NCBI GenBank assembly: GCA_965208675.1
Contig: OZ242351.1
Location: forward strand, 1,600,001 to 1,664,000
DNA length: 64,000 nt
Source of the DNA: Candidatus Poribacteria bacterium
Lineage (GTDB): Bacteria > Poribacteria > WGA-4E > PCPOR2b
Direction of reading: 5' to 3'
The translations under genes and the position numbers were made by a program. Shown piece by piece: positions 1 to 10,119 of the stretch (positions within the stretch are counted from its first letter, which is position 1; each line of letters opens with the position of its first letter). Below the pieces are notes generated by a model, which was given only the letters and a program-made list of their open reading frames with translations, was not told where the DNA came from and did no database searches.

Positions 1-1
1 A

Positions 2-226
2 GCCGGGCAGATTGAATACCGCGTCGAAAAGCAGTCAGGCGTCATTCATGTTCCTGTCGGCAAAAGTTCCTTTGATGAGCATCAGATTCAGGAGAATATA
101 GAGACGGTCATGAACACATTGATTCGAGCGCGCCCCTCTACAACAAAAGGTAGGTATTTGAAGAGTGTTGCAATTTCATCAACAATGGGCGTTGGAATTC
201 GCCTGAATCCACAACAATTTAGCTAA
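2..226 (+). CDS. rplA: 50S ribosomal protein L1, 3' part (runs off the window start)
   Basis: Hand translation gives AGQIEYRVEKQSGVIHVPVGKSSF...RARPSTTKGRYLKSVAISSTMGVGIRL, a typical L1 C-terminus; TAA at 224-226; lies upstream of rplJ. Confidence 0.96.
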   Translation, partial: AGQIEYRVEKQSGVIHVPVGKSSFDEHQIQENIETVMNTLIRARPSTTKGRYLKSVAISSTMGVGIRLNPQQFS

Positions 227-284
227 TACTAAATTGCGTTGAAACTCACCGTTCGCGCTCGAAAATTGAATATCGTTTTGAAAA

Positions 285-437
285 GCAGTCGTAGACAGTA
301 GGTGCAATTTGCTTAAATGAGAAAGCCAGCCTACCGAGGCTTGCATCGCCATGCAGACGATAGGGATTAGGTCTGAAATAATATGCCTATTGTCGATTTG
401 GAAATTAAGCCTCCAATATGACTGGAGGTTTTTTTTT
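285..437 (+). promoter_or_regulatory. L10 leader (rplJL autoregulatory RNA) with attenuator hairpin
   Basis: GTAGACAGTAGG...TTAA...CCTACCGAGG at 291-339 matches the L10-leader core; followed by hairpin AAGCCTCCA/TGGAGGTTT and a U-tract at 407-437. Confidence 0.85.
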
Positions 438-504
438 GGAAGTCTAAAATTCAACCTTGTATTTTAACAGGCATCAAGCCTGTGGCTACGCGAGAGGATT
501 TAGA

Positions 505-1071
505 ATGCCTAATCAGAAAAATGTCGAACAAGTCGAACAAATCCAGGAGCGTTTTCAGAACTCAGAAGTCATAATCCTGACCGACTTTCAAGGGCTGACA
601 GTTGCGGAAATTAACGAACTGCGCCGTCAACTGCACGAAAAGGGTATCCAATACAAAGTTTACAAAAATACGTTAATTCGTGTCGCCGCCAAATCGTTGG
701 GGATTGAGAGTTTAGAATCGTATCTTCATGGTACAACCGCCGTAGCATTAAGCAGTGATCCGGCGATGCCTTCGAAAATCTTTATGGATTTTAGCGAAGA
801 ACACGAAAACTTAAAGATTAAGGGGGGCATACTCGGAAATAGGGTTATTGACGCCGCAGCGGTCGAGGAACTTGTCAATTTGCCGTCGCGTGACCAGTTG
901 ATTGCTCGTGCGGTCGGTGGTTTAAAGTCGCCAATATCCGGCTTAATGTCCGTTTTACATCATGGTTCACCCTTGACAGGGCTGGTGAATGTATTGAATG
1001 GTTCGATTCAACAAGTGACAACTGTTTTACAGGCAATTGCCGATCAGAAAAAAGAAGCCGAACAGGCATAA
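505..1071 (+). CDS. rplJ: 50S ribosomal protein L10
   Basis: MPNQKN..., DFQGLTVAEINELRRQL, YKVYKNTL, LPSRDQLIA; ATG at 505 follows GAGGA. Confidence 0.97.
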   Translation: MPNQKNVEQVEQIQERFQNSEVIILTDFQGLTVAEINELRRQLHEKGIQYKVYKNTLIRVAAKSLGIESLESYLHGTTAVALSSDPAMPSKIFMDFSEEHENLKIKGGILGNRVIDAAAVEELVNLPSRDQLIARAVGGLKSPISGLMSVLHHGSPLTGLVNVLNGSIQQVTTVLQAIADQKKEAEQA

Positions 1072-1104
1072 ATTTTAATTGATGATAAAGGAAGGAATTC
1101 AACA

Positions 1105-1503
1105 ATGGCTGATGTTGAAAAACTGATTGACGAAATCAGTAATATGACGGTTCTGGAACTTTCGGAACTAGTGAAGGCTTTAGAAGATAAATTTGGTGTC
1201 AGCGCGGCTGCGCCGATGATGGTGGCAGGTACAGCTGCGCCGGCGGGAACAGCGGAAGGGCCTGCTGCCGATGACGATCCGGAAGAGGAGCAAACAGAGT
1301 TTAACGTACAGTTGAAAGAAATCGGGCCGAACAAGATTCCCGTTATCAAAGAGGTGCGGGCTATCTCCGGGCTTGGCTTAAAAGAGGCTAAAGAGAAGGT
1401 TGAATCGGTGCCGACCGTTATCCAAGAAGGCGTCAACAAAGAGGATGCCGAGAAATTTAAAGCCCAGTTGGAAGCAGTCGGTGCAGTTGTAGAAATTCTC
1501 TAA
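1105..1503 (+). CDS. rplL: 50S ribosomal protein L7/L12
   Basis: [47 protein letters not shown]. Confidence 0.98.
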   Translation: MADVEKLIDEISNMTVLELSELVKALEDKFGVSAAAPMMVAGTAAPAGTAEGPAADDDPEEEQTEFNVQLKEIGPNKIPVIKEVRAISGLGLKEAKEKVESVPTVIQEGVNKEDAEKFKAQLEAVGAVVEIL

Positions 1504-1638
1504 ATATAATTTTCTCAATAAGAACCTTAACCCAATAGGAAGTAAAACCGTCGAGAATCGCGGGTTTGATTCGCGTTCGACACTTTGAATTCGCTTCTTA
1601 TTGGGTTTTCTTTTACGTATGGTGTCGGTGCACCCACG

Positions 1639-2472
1639 ATGATTCACATTTTTTATCTTGTTTTTAGCCAATTGGCAGTCGGTGGTTTGGGGTTGCTGCT
1701 TATTATTCCCAAGGGTTTAGTTGGGCGCGGCTTTTACAGGCTGATGGGATCAATTTATCTCTTAGTCATGATCTTAACTCGTTTTGCTAACCTTGCGATT
1801 AACCGTCAACCAATCAGCCTGAAAAACTTCGTCTTCTCATGGAACGGACACGATTCTGCGTTCGTCGCCGCCTTCTTGTTTCTGACTTTAATCTACACAA
1901 TTAGCCTATGGATGAAATCTCAATTCATTAGTCGAGGACTCTTATTCATTGGGACAATTTTGGGGCTCACGTGGATTGTGTACAGCGCTCAAGGCTACCT
2001 AGATAAAATCGATCTCCCGGCGGAGGCATTTCTGTTGCCCTTTCAATTTGTGGTTTCATCCGTGCTGCTTGGTGCGGTCAATAGCGGCATGTGGTTTGGA
2101 CATTGGTATCTCGTTACTCCGCGTCTACCTGTCGTTTATTTAAAGAGATTCAATCTTATCTTTCTTGTTTCACTCGGCATTTCAATTGCCCTATTTGCAC
2201 TAAACCTATTTCTTAGATGGCAATCTGAGAATGCAATTCCGCTAACCCCATTTCATCATATTGTTTTTAGTCTCAGGCTGCTGGTTGGATTCGGCGGATC
2301 TGTCACACTGTATTTCATAACGTGGTACTGCCTGCGCGAAAAAGCGGTGGAACACGATGCTGTCGGTGCAACACGGGCTGCGACAGGATTTCTTTACATC
2401 GCTATGTTGACCGTGTTCACAGGTGAACTTTGTGGACGGCTGCTGTGTTTGGAAATTGGGTTTATATTGTGA
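1639..2472 (+). CDS. Polytopic membrane protein of unknown function (about 8 TM, GMWFGHWYL motif; possibly DmsC/NrfD-like anchor)
   Basis: Alternating hydrophobic segments; ATG at 1639 preferred to the upstream TTG at 1585. Confidence 0.6.
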   Translation: MIHIFYLVFSQLAVGGLGLLLIIPKGLVGRGFYRLMGSIYLLVMILTRFANLAINRQPISLKNFVFSWNGHDSAFVAAFLFLTLIYTISLWMKSQFISRGLLFIGTILGLTWIVYSAQGYLDKIDLPAEAFLLPFQFVVSSVLLGAVNSGMWFGHWYLVTPRLPVVYLKRFNLIFLVSLGISIALFALNLFLRWQSENAIPLTPFHHIVFSLRLLVGFGGSVTLYFITWYCLREKAVEHDAVGATRAATGFLYIAMLTVFTGELCGRLLCLEIGFIL

Positions 2473-2512
2473 TTGGGTGGAGGGATTAAACCTTGGATGG
2501 AGTCGGAATGGA

Positions 2513-4102
2513 TTACGGCAGAGATTTTTTTAGTGTGGCATCTAGCTTGTGCAGAGCAGCATCTTTCACGGTGGGATTTGATTTGTATCGATAGTAATGG
2601 TTGAGTACTTTGCTTACATGCCGTTCGGTTTGGCGCTTTAACGGGACATCTCTTTTTACGCGGCCAGGGCCGGCATTGTATGCGGCGAGTGCAAGCGCGT
2701 GGTTGCCATCGTACTTTTTTAACATACGGTTCAGATACTTAACGCCGGCTTCTAAGTTTTTGCGTGGATTAAAGCGTTCATCCGTTTGCGCATTTTGTGA
2801 TGGCTTTCGCGGATTCCGATAATTTGGCACTTTCAACCCAAGTTCCCGAGCCGTGAAAGACATCAACTGTGTAAGTCCAACTGCCCCTGACCTCGAAATT
2901 GCATTCGGCTGGAAGTTTGATTCTACCCGCACCATGGCAAGAACAAGTTCAAGCTCGACGCCGTAAAGATTCGCAATCTTAACGGTTGAAGAAGTATCAT
3001 TGGTCACACTGACAATTACTGGTTGCCGCTTTTTCTCTTGGGGAATTTCGTCGCGGCGTTCTGTGTCGTGGGACTCTACGTGGGCGGAGGATTGATTTTT
3101 GTAAGAGGTGGGTTTATCAGTGCTGGCGATGGGTTGATCGATTTTGGTTTTCGGGAGAGGGCCAAATGTAGCGCCGACGGAAAGAACGTGTTTGTATTCC
3201 AGACTAGGTTGAGCCAAGTAAGCATAGTGAATTAGTTTGCCCCAGCGGCTAATTGTAAGACCCAAACTCCAATTTAACGGTTGCTCCGGGGTTCTAAAAT
3301 CAATTGCCGATCCCAACCGAAAAGCGACGCCGTGCGCCCCCGTTTCCGCTCCCGCCTTAAACTTCCGTGCCGTCGCGTCCAGCATGCTATTCAACTGCAA
3401 ATGCTTGAGGGGGGTCCACGACGCACCCAAGGCAAACTGCGTATCATAAGTCTCAAGAACTTTTCCATTTCCGTCCGGAATCTTTACACCCGCAATGTCA
3501 AACCCGCTTGCGCCTATTATGAGATGCGGGGAAATGTTCACGATTAATCCCAAGTCATAATTCTGTTTCCATCGACTGCCGTGGTAGGGTGCGCGCCGAT
3601 ACCCGATGTTTCCCCCAATCATCCAATTTGCGTTCAACGATCTCGCATAGGACAGGATGGCTTGATTACGCCCTCTCTCGAACGTCCCGATTGGGTTGTT
3701 CGGATGGTCAAATAAGAAACGATCGTCACCCTTCAGATCCAGCAGGCTGAAACCAAACGTCCCAACGTTTTGATGAATTGGATACCCAACAGAAAATGCG
3801 CCCTGAGAGAGATCGTAGATAAAGTTCCCCTGTTGCAGGCTCGCAATTCCCGCCGGATTCCATAACGCCCCAGATGAATCATCTACGCTGCTGATATAGG
3901 CGCCGCCCATCCCCAATGCCCGGGCTCCGATTTCAGGACGATCCGCGGCCACGGCGAATGAAGCGAACCATAGCGCTATGAGCGCGGCGCCAACCGTGAA
4001 ATGATGGCAACGCTTATGACAACTGAATGTAGCGAGCGCTATCCACGCTCTTGCCTTTCCACCGAATTTCAAAATGTAGATGAGGACCTGTTGCATGCCC
4101 AC
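2513..4102 (-). CDS. PorV/UPF0164-like beta-barrel fused to a C-terminal SLT-family lytic transglycosylase (start uncertain)
   Basis: Signal-like segment, then GARALGMGGAY...WNPAGI and amphipathic strands ending HVLSVGATF; polar linker; SLT motifs VESNF, GAVGLTQLM, AYNAG. Confidence 0.8.
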   Translation of the reverse strand: MGMQQVLIYILKFGGKARAWIALATFSCHKRCHHFTVGAALIALWFASFAVAADRPEIGARALGMGGAYISSVDDSSGALWNPAGIASLQQGNFIYDLSQGAFSVGYPIHQNVGTFGFSLLDLKGDDRFLFDHPNNPIGTFERGRNQAILSYARSLNANWMIGGNIGYRRAPYHGSRWKQNYDLGLIVNISPHLIIGASGFDIAGVKIPDGNGKVLETYDTQFALGASWTPLKHLQLNSMLDATARKFKAGAETGAHGVAFRLGSAIDFRTPEQPLNWSLGLTISRWGKLIHYAYLAQPSLEYKHVLSVGATFGPLPKTKIDQPIASTDKPTSYKNQSSAHVESHDTERRDEIPQEKKRQPVIVSVTNDTSSTVKIANLYGVELELVLAMVRVESNFQPNAISRSGAVGLTQLMSFTARELGLKVPNYRNPRKPSQNAQTDERFNPRKNLEAGVKYLNRMLKKYDGNHALALAAYNAGPGRVKRDVPLKRQTERHVSKVLNHYYRYKSNPTVKDAALHKLDATLKKSLP

Positions 4103-4862
4103 TACTCCCGCTTAACCCGATAAACTGTCCGCGTTTCACTCTCTGACCGGTTTTTACTCGAATGGCTGACAGGTGTCCATACCATGTTGAATATCCGCCC
4201 GTATGTTCGATGACAACGATTCGCCCATATCCACCGTCCCATTTTGCTCGAACGACTCTCCCGCTTTTGGAGGCGTAGACACGTGTTCTCGGTTTGGCTC
4301 GGAAATCCGTGCCGTGGTGGAACCTCAACCTTTTACTAATGGGGTGGCGGCGGTAACCGTAATTGGAAGTAACCGTCAAGCGCGTGCGCAATGGGGCTCT
4401 GAAACCGATTGCATGAGGACCGGGGATGAATAGCTTCTGCTTAGGCCGAATCAGGTGCGGAGATCGCAACTTGGGATTTGCGCTTCTTATGCTTGGCCAC
4501 GAAACGTTGTGTTTGCGTGCAATCTCGGATAATGTGTCCCCTTGCTTAACTTTATACCAAGTGCCATCTTGTCTTTGGGAGGGCGCGACTCGGGGAATGA
4601 ATAACTTTTTTCCAATGGGCAGGCGGCGTGCAGAAGGAATTCGGTTGTTGCTGAAAATGGACCGGACGGACACATTGTATTTTTTCGCAATGCCCGATAC
4701 GGTATCACCTTTACGTACCCGATGGTACAAACCCCATGCCTGAGATGCGGCTGCTAATGTTGTTTCTGTCACAAGAAAGAAAATCAAGATGGCTACGATT
4801 GCGTTTTTAAACGAAAAACGAGATCGTAAATATTGACCGGCACTCGGTGAACACTCTTGCAT
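4014..4862 (-). CDS. LysM-LysM-M23 peptidoglycan endopeptidase
   Basis: Two LysM repeats (HRVRKGDTVSGIAKKY, YKVKQGDTLSEIARKH); M23 motifs HHGTDF, YGHLS, GPHLHFE. Confidence 0.93.
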   Translation of the reverse strand: MQECSPSAGQYLRSRFSFKNAIVAILIFFLVTETTLAAASQAWGLYHRVRKGDTVSGIAKKYNVSVRSIFSNNRIPSARRLPIGKKLFIPRVAPSQRQDGTWYKVKQGDTLSEIARKHNVSWPSIRSANPKLRSPHLIRPKQKLFIPGPHAIGFRAPLRTRLTVTSNYGYRRHPISKRLRFHHGTDFRAKPRTRVYASKSGRVVRAKWDGGYGRIVVIEHTGGYSTWYGHLSAIRVKTGQRVKRGQFIGLSGSSGHATGPHLHFEIRWKGKSVDSARYIQLS

Positions 4863-5028
4863 CTAATACTCCTTGCATAACGGTATGTTTATGACAAATA
4901 TCGTATGTTGAGACTCCCGGCGCGATTTTGGGATATGCGGGCGGCACTAAATCTCTAAAAGATTCAGTGGGAGGATGTCTCGCTCTCCCGCAAAACAAAT
5001 ACGTCGTCTATACAAAAACTTTCGGAAA

Positions 5029-5517
5029 TCAACTCGGTGTGACTGTTAACAATATCGTTTTGGTATCTGTAAGCACTTCGGTATCAGTATCAACGCCTGA
5101 TTCCTTAACCGAAATGACTTGGCTCACTCCTGTGGCAATCAGTTGTATGACTTCAACCTTGACTTCAAGCGAATCCAAAGACTGAGGCGCTGTCCAGAGC
5201 GCGCTGTGTTGATTAACAACTGAAAGTTCCCCGTAACCTGTTACGTTCACCCAATTGAGTATTAGGTTTGTTCCTCGAATCCCGTCAACGGTCGCCTTCA
5301 GGTTGACCGCCTCTCCCATCTGTACAGTGGTTTTGCTCACCTCAACAGCAACGTTGAGTGATTGGCTTTTTTCGTCCACCTGCGCCAAATTATCGGTATC
5401 TTCCTCCGTTTCCTGCACTGGATTCTGAATGCTACTGCCGCCGCAACCAACCAGCCATAAGACGATTCCCAATAACAGGATTTGTGAACATATCGGTTGT
5501 TTGCATAATGTTATCAT
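5029..5517 (-). CDS. Putative lipoprotein with Ig-like/beta-rich domain
   Basis: Lipobox LVGC after a hydrophobic stretch; AAGGAG RBS upstream. Confidence 0.65.
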   Translation of the reverse strand: MITLCKQPICSQILLLGIVLWLVGCGGSSIQNPVQETEEDTDNLAQVDEKSQSLNVAVEVSKTTVQMGEAVNLKATVDGIRGTNLILNWVNVTGYGELSVVNQHSALWTAPQSLDSLEVKVEVIQLIATGVSQVISVKESGVDTDTEVLTDTKTILLTVTPS

Positions 5518-5669
5518 TGTTCTCTCCTTGAGCGCGAAACGCGAATGATTAAGATGTATTAAAAAAACGTCCCAATGATTCGTAAAGTTTCAATAAGACG
5601 CAGAGAGAACTCCTGTAAAATGTCAATCCTTCTAGCGGTTGCTTCGTACTCATGTGCAGAAATAAAAGG

Positions 5670-6347
5670 TCAAGTACGCTTTACACAATAAACCGAAATG
5701 GTTGACAGGCGTTCTTCCGGAAACGCAAGGTAAACCTGTTTTTCATACGAAAAACCACAAAACTCAAGTAGTCTCAAGAACCCGGCAGTGTTGCTTCGGC
5801 TCGGTTCCGAAATCATGGCTTCACCGTCCGCAGCGAGATACTTCTGTAACAGAGCGACGACGGATTGCCAGTTTTTTTCCTCGTAGATTACATCTGAAGC
5901 TAGGATGAATGAAAATTTTCCACTCACACACGGTGCGTTCCAGTCCATTTGGGCGAAGGCCGCTCTGTCTTCACACCCATGCTGCCAAACATTATAACGA
6001 GCTAACAGCAGTGCGTCAATTTCACAATCGGTAAATAGTACCTTGCCGCCCTGCTGGCATCCCACAATTCCCGCGAGACCGAATCCACAGCCGACCTCCA
6101 AGATTCGCTGCCCCGCTAATCTCGCGTCGAGATGAAGGTGGTGCGCCAAACCGATTGATGAAGACCACAGATAAATCCAATAAGGTAGATGTAGTGTTCC
6201 GTTATGGTCCTCTCTACTTAATGTCTCAAGAAACGAATCAGGTTCCTCTACCACGGTCATAGCAATCTCCCGAGAGGGAAGTTGGATGATTCGTTCAGTT
6301 AAGGGATAACGGCGTGCAATGTTTCGGAGAAAATCGCGATTCTGCAT
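5670..6347 (-). CDS. Class I SAM-dependent methyltransferase (METTL21/Methyltransf_16-like, putative protein methyltransferase)
   Basis: LPYWIYLWSSS, ILEVGCGFGLAG (motif I), LASDVIY. Confidence 0.85.
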   Translation of the reverse strand: MQNRDFLRNIARRYPLTERIIQLPSREIAMTVVEEPDSFLETLSREDHNGTLHLPYWIYLWSSSIGLAHHLHLDARLAGQRILEVGCGFGLAGIVGCQQGGKVLFTDCEIDALLLARYNVWQHGCEDRAAFAQMDWNAPCVSGKFSFILASDVIYEEKNWQSVVALLQKYLAADGEAMISEPSRSNTAGFLRLLEFCGFSYEKQVYLAFPEERLSTISVYCVKRT

Positions 6348-6568
6348 AACCGTAGAATGGAAGGCGCTGAAATGCAGCTCGATGGCAACTTGGAATAGCG
6401 TGAAAATTCTTCCCTTTGACTTTTCGTGCTCGATCCAAAATTCCGGCGAATTCTCCTTCGTTCACCGCAGAATCCATCCGGCGCTCATCAGGAAAATTGC
6501 TATTCAGCCAATCATGCACCTATTCCGTGCAATCCGATGCTTGATGCTTCGCTCCAAAGTGACACTCT

Positions 6569-7240
6569 CTATGCGAAGGCGAAGACGCGCGTCGGAGCGC
6601 CGGAACTACGTACTAATTTCAGCGGCGCTATCACGACGAAAAAATTTGCGGGTGCAAGGCTCAGGTTGCACAGATCTTCCACTTGCGGAACACCTGCACC
6701 GAGAAAGGTGTGATGGGCGGGAAACTCCTCTGTTTGGTGTCCGGACATGGAATCAATGCTGCACGCGTCCGTACCAATAACCTTTATGCCTTTCTCAATG
6801 AGCAGTTCAGCGGCATCGCCGCCAAAGCCGATCCACTTACGATTGAAGATGTCCTGAAATGCATATCTGTCCATTCCCGTTCGCATAAATACAATGCTTC
6901 CCGGAGAAATATCGCCGTTCCTAGCCATCCAAGAATTAACATCTTCCGCATTTACGGCATCTCCCGGTTGCTTGGAATCAGAAAAATCCATCAGGACAGC
7001 ATGGCCCGTCAAATTTTCTTGAGGGATTTCGGCGATTGTATACCCATCGGCATACATCAGGCACGGAACGTCGATATGCGTGGAATAGTGGCCGGATAAG
7101 TCAACGCGGCTCTCAAAGTAACCGTCCTTCTCCATTGTTGCTGTGTCGTAAATTCTGGCAGGCTGGATTGGGAGTTCCCGCGGACTGTCTTCATCGACTG
7201 GGTAGGACAGATCGATGACGTTCTGAAAATTGATTTGCAT
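6569..7240 (-). CDS. Cyclase family metal-dependent hydrolase (kynurenine formamidase-like)
   Basis: IDLS, HYSTHIDVP, FMRTG, IGTDACSID, APLKL..SGAPTRVFA. Confidence 0.9.
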   Translation of the reverse strand: MQINFQNVIDLSYPVDEDSPRELPIQPARIYDTATMEKDGYFESRVDLSGHYSTHIDVPCLMYADGYTIAEIPQENLTGHAVLMDFSDSKQPGDAVNAEDVNSWMARNGDISPGSIVFMRTGMDRYAFQDIFNRKWIGFGGDAAELLIEKGIKVIGTDACSIDSMSGHQTEEFPAHHTFLGAGVPQVEDLCNLSLAPANFFVVIAPLKLVRSSGAPTRVFAFA

Positions 7241-7637
7241 TTCTACTGGTACTCTACATTTATCAGCGTTTTCTCTTAAACAATTCGGTAGATTATAGCA
7301 CTGTATTGCTCTAAAATCAAGTCTGAAATCGCAATAAATTTAAATGCGGAGGTACTCTTTTCGGTTTTAGGAATCTCGAAGCGGAAGAACCCATAATTCA
7401 AAATTCGCCTATTGGTGTTCGATGTTTCGTCAACCGCCGCAAATTCAGATTCAGTGCATAATCGTCGGCGGCCCATCGCGCGTATTTCGCACTTGACGGT
7501 CATTTTCGGTCATGATAAAATTCGGCTCTCTCTGCACACTGTCAAGTATACGGGCGGACTGAGAATCTAAATCCACGCGCGCATCTTTAAACATGAATTA
7601 AACTGGTGGTTGATGTAAATGAGGAGGAATCACGTTC

Positions 7638-8762
7638 ATGGCAATGCAAGTCGGTGTGGTCGGTTTGAGCGGAATCGGCACCAACCATGCAGCCTGCTAC
7701 GCAACCGACGAGTTGGCGGAGTTCGTAGCTGTCTGTGATGTTATCAAAGAGCGCGCGGACAGCGTGGCGGAGCAATTTGGAGTGAATGCCTACTACAGTC
7801 TCAAGGAGATGCTGGAGTACGAATCCGAGCTTGACATTGTCGATGTCAGCACGGGAGGAAATGAGAACGGCAGTTGGCATTTCGAGCCGACCATGCAGGC
7901 GTTAGAGGCTGGTAAGCATGTTCTTGTTGAGAAACCGCTCTCCAATGATATTCACGAAGCGCGGGAAATGGTCGCCAAAGCAGAAGAGCAAAACGTCTAC
8001 TTAGGCTGCAACTTGAACCACTATTTCACACCGCCGGCTGACCGGGCGAAGCGGTATATTAGGGATGGTGAAGTGGGGGAACTCGTTTACTGCTTACATA
8101 AGATTGGGTTTCCGGGAAGTGAAGCGACCTATAGTCCTCAAGATTCACCCAAAATCAAGGGCTTCCCGTACTTCCATATGAAGGCTTTTCTTTCGCACCC
8201 CTTCAGCGTAATGCGGTATTTCTGCGGTGATGTTACACACGTGCAGGCATTTGTCGGAAGGCCAAGCTTTCGCAAAAGTGCGGGCGATGTCATGTTGTCA
8301 ATCAACAGCATACACGCCAAATTTGCAAACGACTGCGTCGGTTACCTCCTTAGCCAACGCGGCGACGCAACATTTGGCTTGGGGGGCTGGTGGAGTATTG
8401 AAGTGGGGGGAACCCGAGGCACGTTCTGCGTGGAAAATTGCATTGAGAAAGTATCATTCTGGCATGGCGCCGGGACTGCCTCACAACCCGAAAAATTGGA
8501 TGTCGGGGCATCATCAACGCCCACCGTTACAAATTCCGGTGTAACGGATTTCGGACGGACTTTTCCCCTTAGAATCCATGCGTTTCTGGAAGACATTACA
8601 AATAATGTGCATCAAGACCACCTCAGGGCATCGGGCAGGGATGCATTGGCAGCGCTAGAATACACATGGGCTGCCATGGAATCTTATGAACAGGGCGGCA
8701 TTCTCGTACGTCCCCATCCATTGCCTCCATTGCGCGGCAACGTCAAAAGTCATGCAGATTAG
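7638..8762 (+). CDS. Gfo/Idh/MocA family oxidoreductase
   Basis: VGVVGLSGIG Rossmann motif; GKHVLVEKPL; GAGGAGG RBS. Confidence 0.9.
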   Translation: MAMQVGVVGLSGIGTNHAACYATDELAEFVAVCDVIKERADSVAEQFGVNAYYSLKEMLEYESELDIVDVSTGGNENGSWHFEPTMQALEAGKHVLVEKPLSNDIHEAREMVAKAEEQNVYLGCNLNHYFTPPADRAKRYIRDGEVGELVYCLHKIGFPGSEATYSPQDSPKIKGFPYFHMKAFLSHPFSVMRYFCGDVTHVQAFVGRPSFRKSAGDVMLSINSIHAKFANDCVGYLLSQRGDATFGLGGWWSIEVGGTRGTFCVENCIEKVSFWHGAGTASQPEKLDVGASSTPTVTNSGVTDFGRTFPLRIHAFLEDITNNVHQDHLRASGRDALAALEYTWAAMESYEQGGILVRPHPLPPLRGNVKSHAD

Positions 8763-8799
8763 TTGGCGTAGTTCAGAAAAGTCCTGTTCTTGACATGCG

Positions 8800-9969
8800 T
8801 TATACCCAATAGGGTGTTATCCATTCTTGCTTAACCTCCAAGCCGAATCCAGGACCCTCGTTCGGTGCAATGTAGCTGTCCTTGGGTACCGTCTCGCCTT
8901 CAAACGGTTTTGTCTCTTCTAACGGCACACCGGGGGGCGTTCCCACGAAATATTCCACCCAAGGTGTGTTGGGCATTGCAGCGGACAGATGAAGTCCATA
9001 CTGCGTCAAACCGCCGCCGTGAAATATGACCGTCAGTCCGGCGGCATCCGCCATGTGGCAAATCTTGACGCATTCTGTAATCCCGCCAACCCAATAGATG
9101 TCCGGTTGAAGAATGTCCAAACACCCGCTTTCAATAAGCTGCTTGAATGGCCACCGGGTGTATAGATGTTCGCCGCTAGCGAGAGACACCCAGTTTACGG
9201 CGTTTCGTACCTTAACGTGCCCATCAATATCTTCCGGGATGAGAAATTCTTCAATCCATTTCAGCCGGTAGGGCTTAAGCCGGCGCGCCAAGCGAATCGT
9301 ATAATCGACATCGAAAGCCATGTAGCAATCAAGCATTATCTCGACACTATCTCCAACAAACTCCCGCGTTTCAGCCACGAGTTTTTCGTTCGCGTTCAAT
9401 CCCGATAACCCGTCCGCGGGACCATAGGGGCACGCAAGTTTCACGGCTTTGAAGCCGAGTTCAATCTGCCAATCCGTGTCGTTGCCGGTCGCGTATGCGA
9501 AAAGCCTATCTCGAACCGGTCCGCCTAACAGCTCATAAACTGGCTGGTTCTTGATTTTGCCGATTACATCCCAGAGGGCGAGATCTACCGCGCTCATTGC
9601 GCAGCTTGTCAAGCCAAGCGAACCGTAGGGTTTCGACATCCGGAACATCATATCCCAGATTTTCTCAATCGCGAAGCAGTTTTCACCCGCCAGCATCGGA
9701 GCGAAATGGCCGTCAATGATTGTCGCCACAGGGTTACCGAACGACGTTTGCCCTAGTCCCCACGTGCCGTCTTCAACGGTAACTTTCACAAAAACATCGC
9801 CCCATTTCGGCATCCAACGCGACCGGTGGCGTTTGAATCTGGGATATTTCGACATCGGGTTGGCAACCTCTGCGCTTTCGACCCAAGACGGGCGCCGCGG
9901 CGGCGTGTGCTTGTTGACGCGGGATGGAATGTTTAATTTAACAGCTTGAATCTCTTTAATCTTCATCAT
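8800..9969 (-). CDS. L-rhamnonate dehydratase-like enzyme (enolase superfamily)
   Basis: VANPMSKYP..R..W, SAVDLALWD, KLACPYGP, MLDCYM, WIEE, SGEH, ILQPDI..VGG. Confidence 0.85.
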   Translation of the reverse strand: MMKIKEIQAVKLNIPSRVNKHTPPRRPSWVESAEVANPMSKYPRFKRHRSRWMPKWGDVFVKVTVEDGTWGLGQTSFGNPVATIIDGHFAPMLAGENCFAIEKIWDMMFRMSKPYGSLGLTSCAMSAVDLALWDVIGKIKNQPVYELLGGPVRDRLFAYATGNDTDWQIELGFKAVKLACPYGPADGLSGLNANEKLVAETREFVGDSVEIMLDCYMAFDVDYTIRLARRLKPYRLKWIEEFLIPEDIDGHVKVRNAVNWVSLASGEHLYTRWPFKQLIESGCLDILQPDIYWVGGITECVKICHMADAAGLTVIFHGGGLTQYGLHLSAAMPNTPWVEYFVGTPPGVPLEETKPFEGETVPKDSYIAPNEGPGFGLEVKQEWITPYWV

Positions 9970-10119
9970 TTACTCCTGATGATAACTTGTTCAACAAACA
10001 TCCGTCAAATGTTGACCAAGCAGCACCAACAACGTTTGCGTCTTTAAGACGGATCTCTGTTCCGTTTTATCACAGGTAACCGATGCATTCGGAGGTGGTT
10101 GAATGTGCGGCTATTTGCT

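Noticed and set aside
1549-1585. tRNA (GCGGGTTTGATTCGCG looks like a T-arm)
   Set aside because: No D-arm, anticodon arm or acceptor stem can be built; the sequence is the inside of a longer hairpin.
6295-6780. Small ORFs between the cyclase and methyltransferase genes
   Set aside because: They overlap real genes and have no recognisable domain; a small protein at 6295..6519 cannot be excluded but is unsupported.
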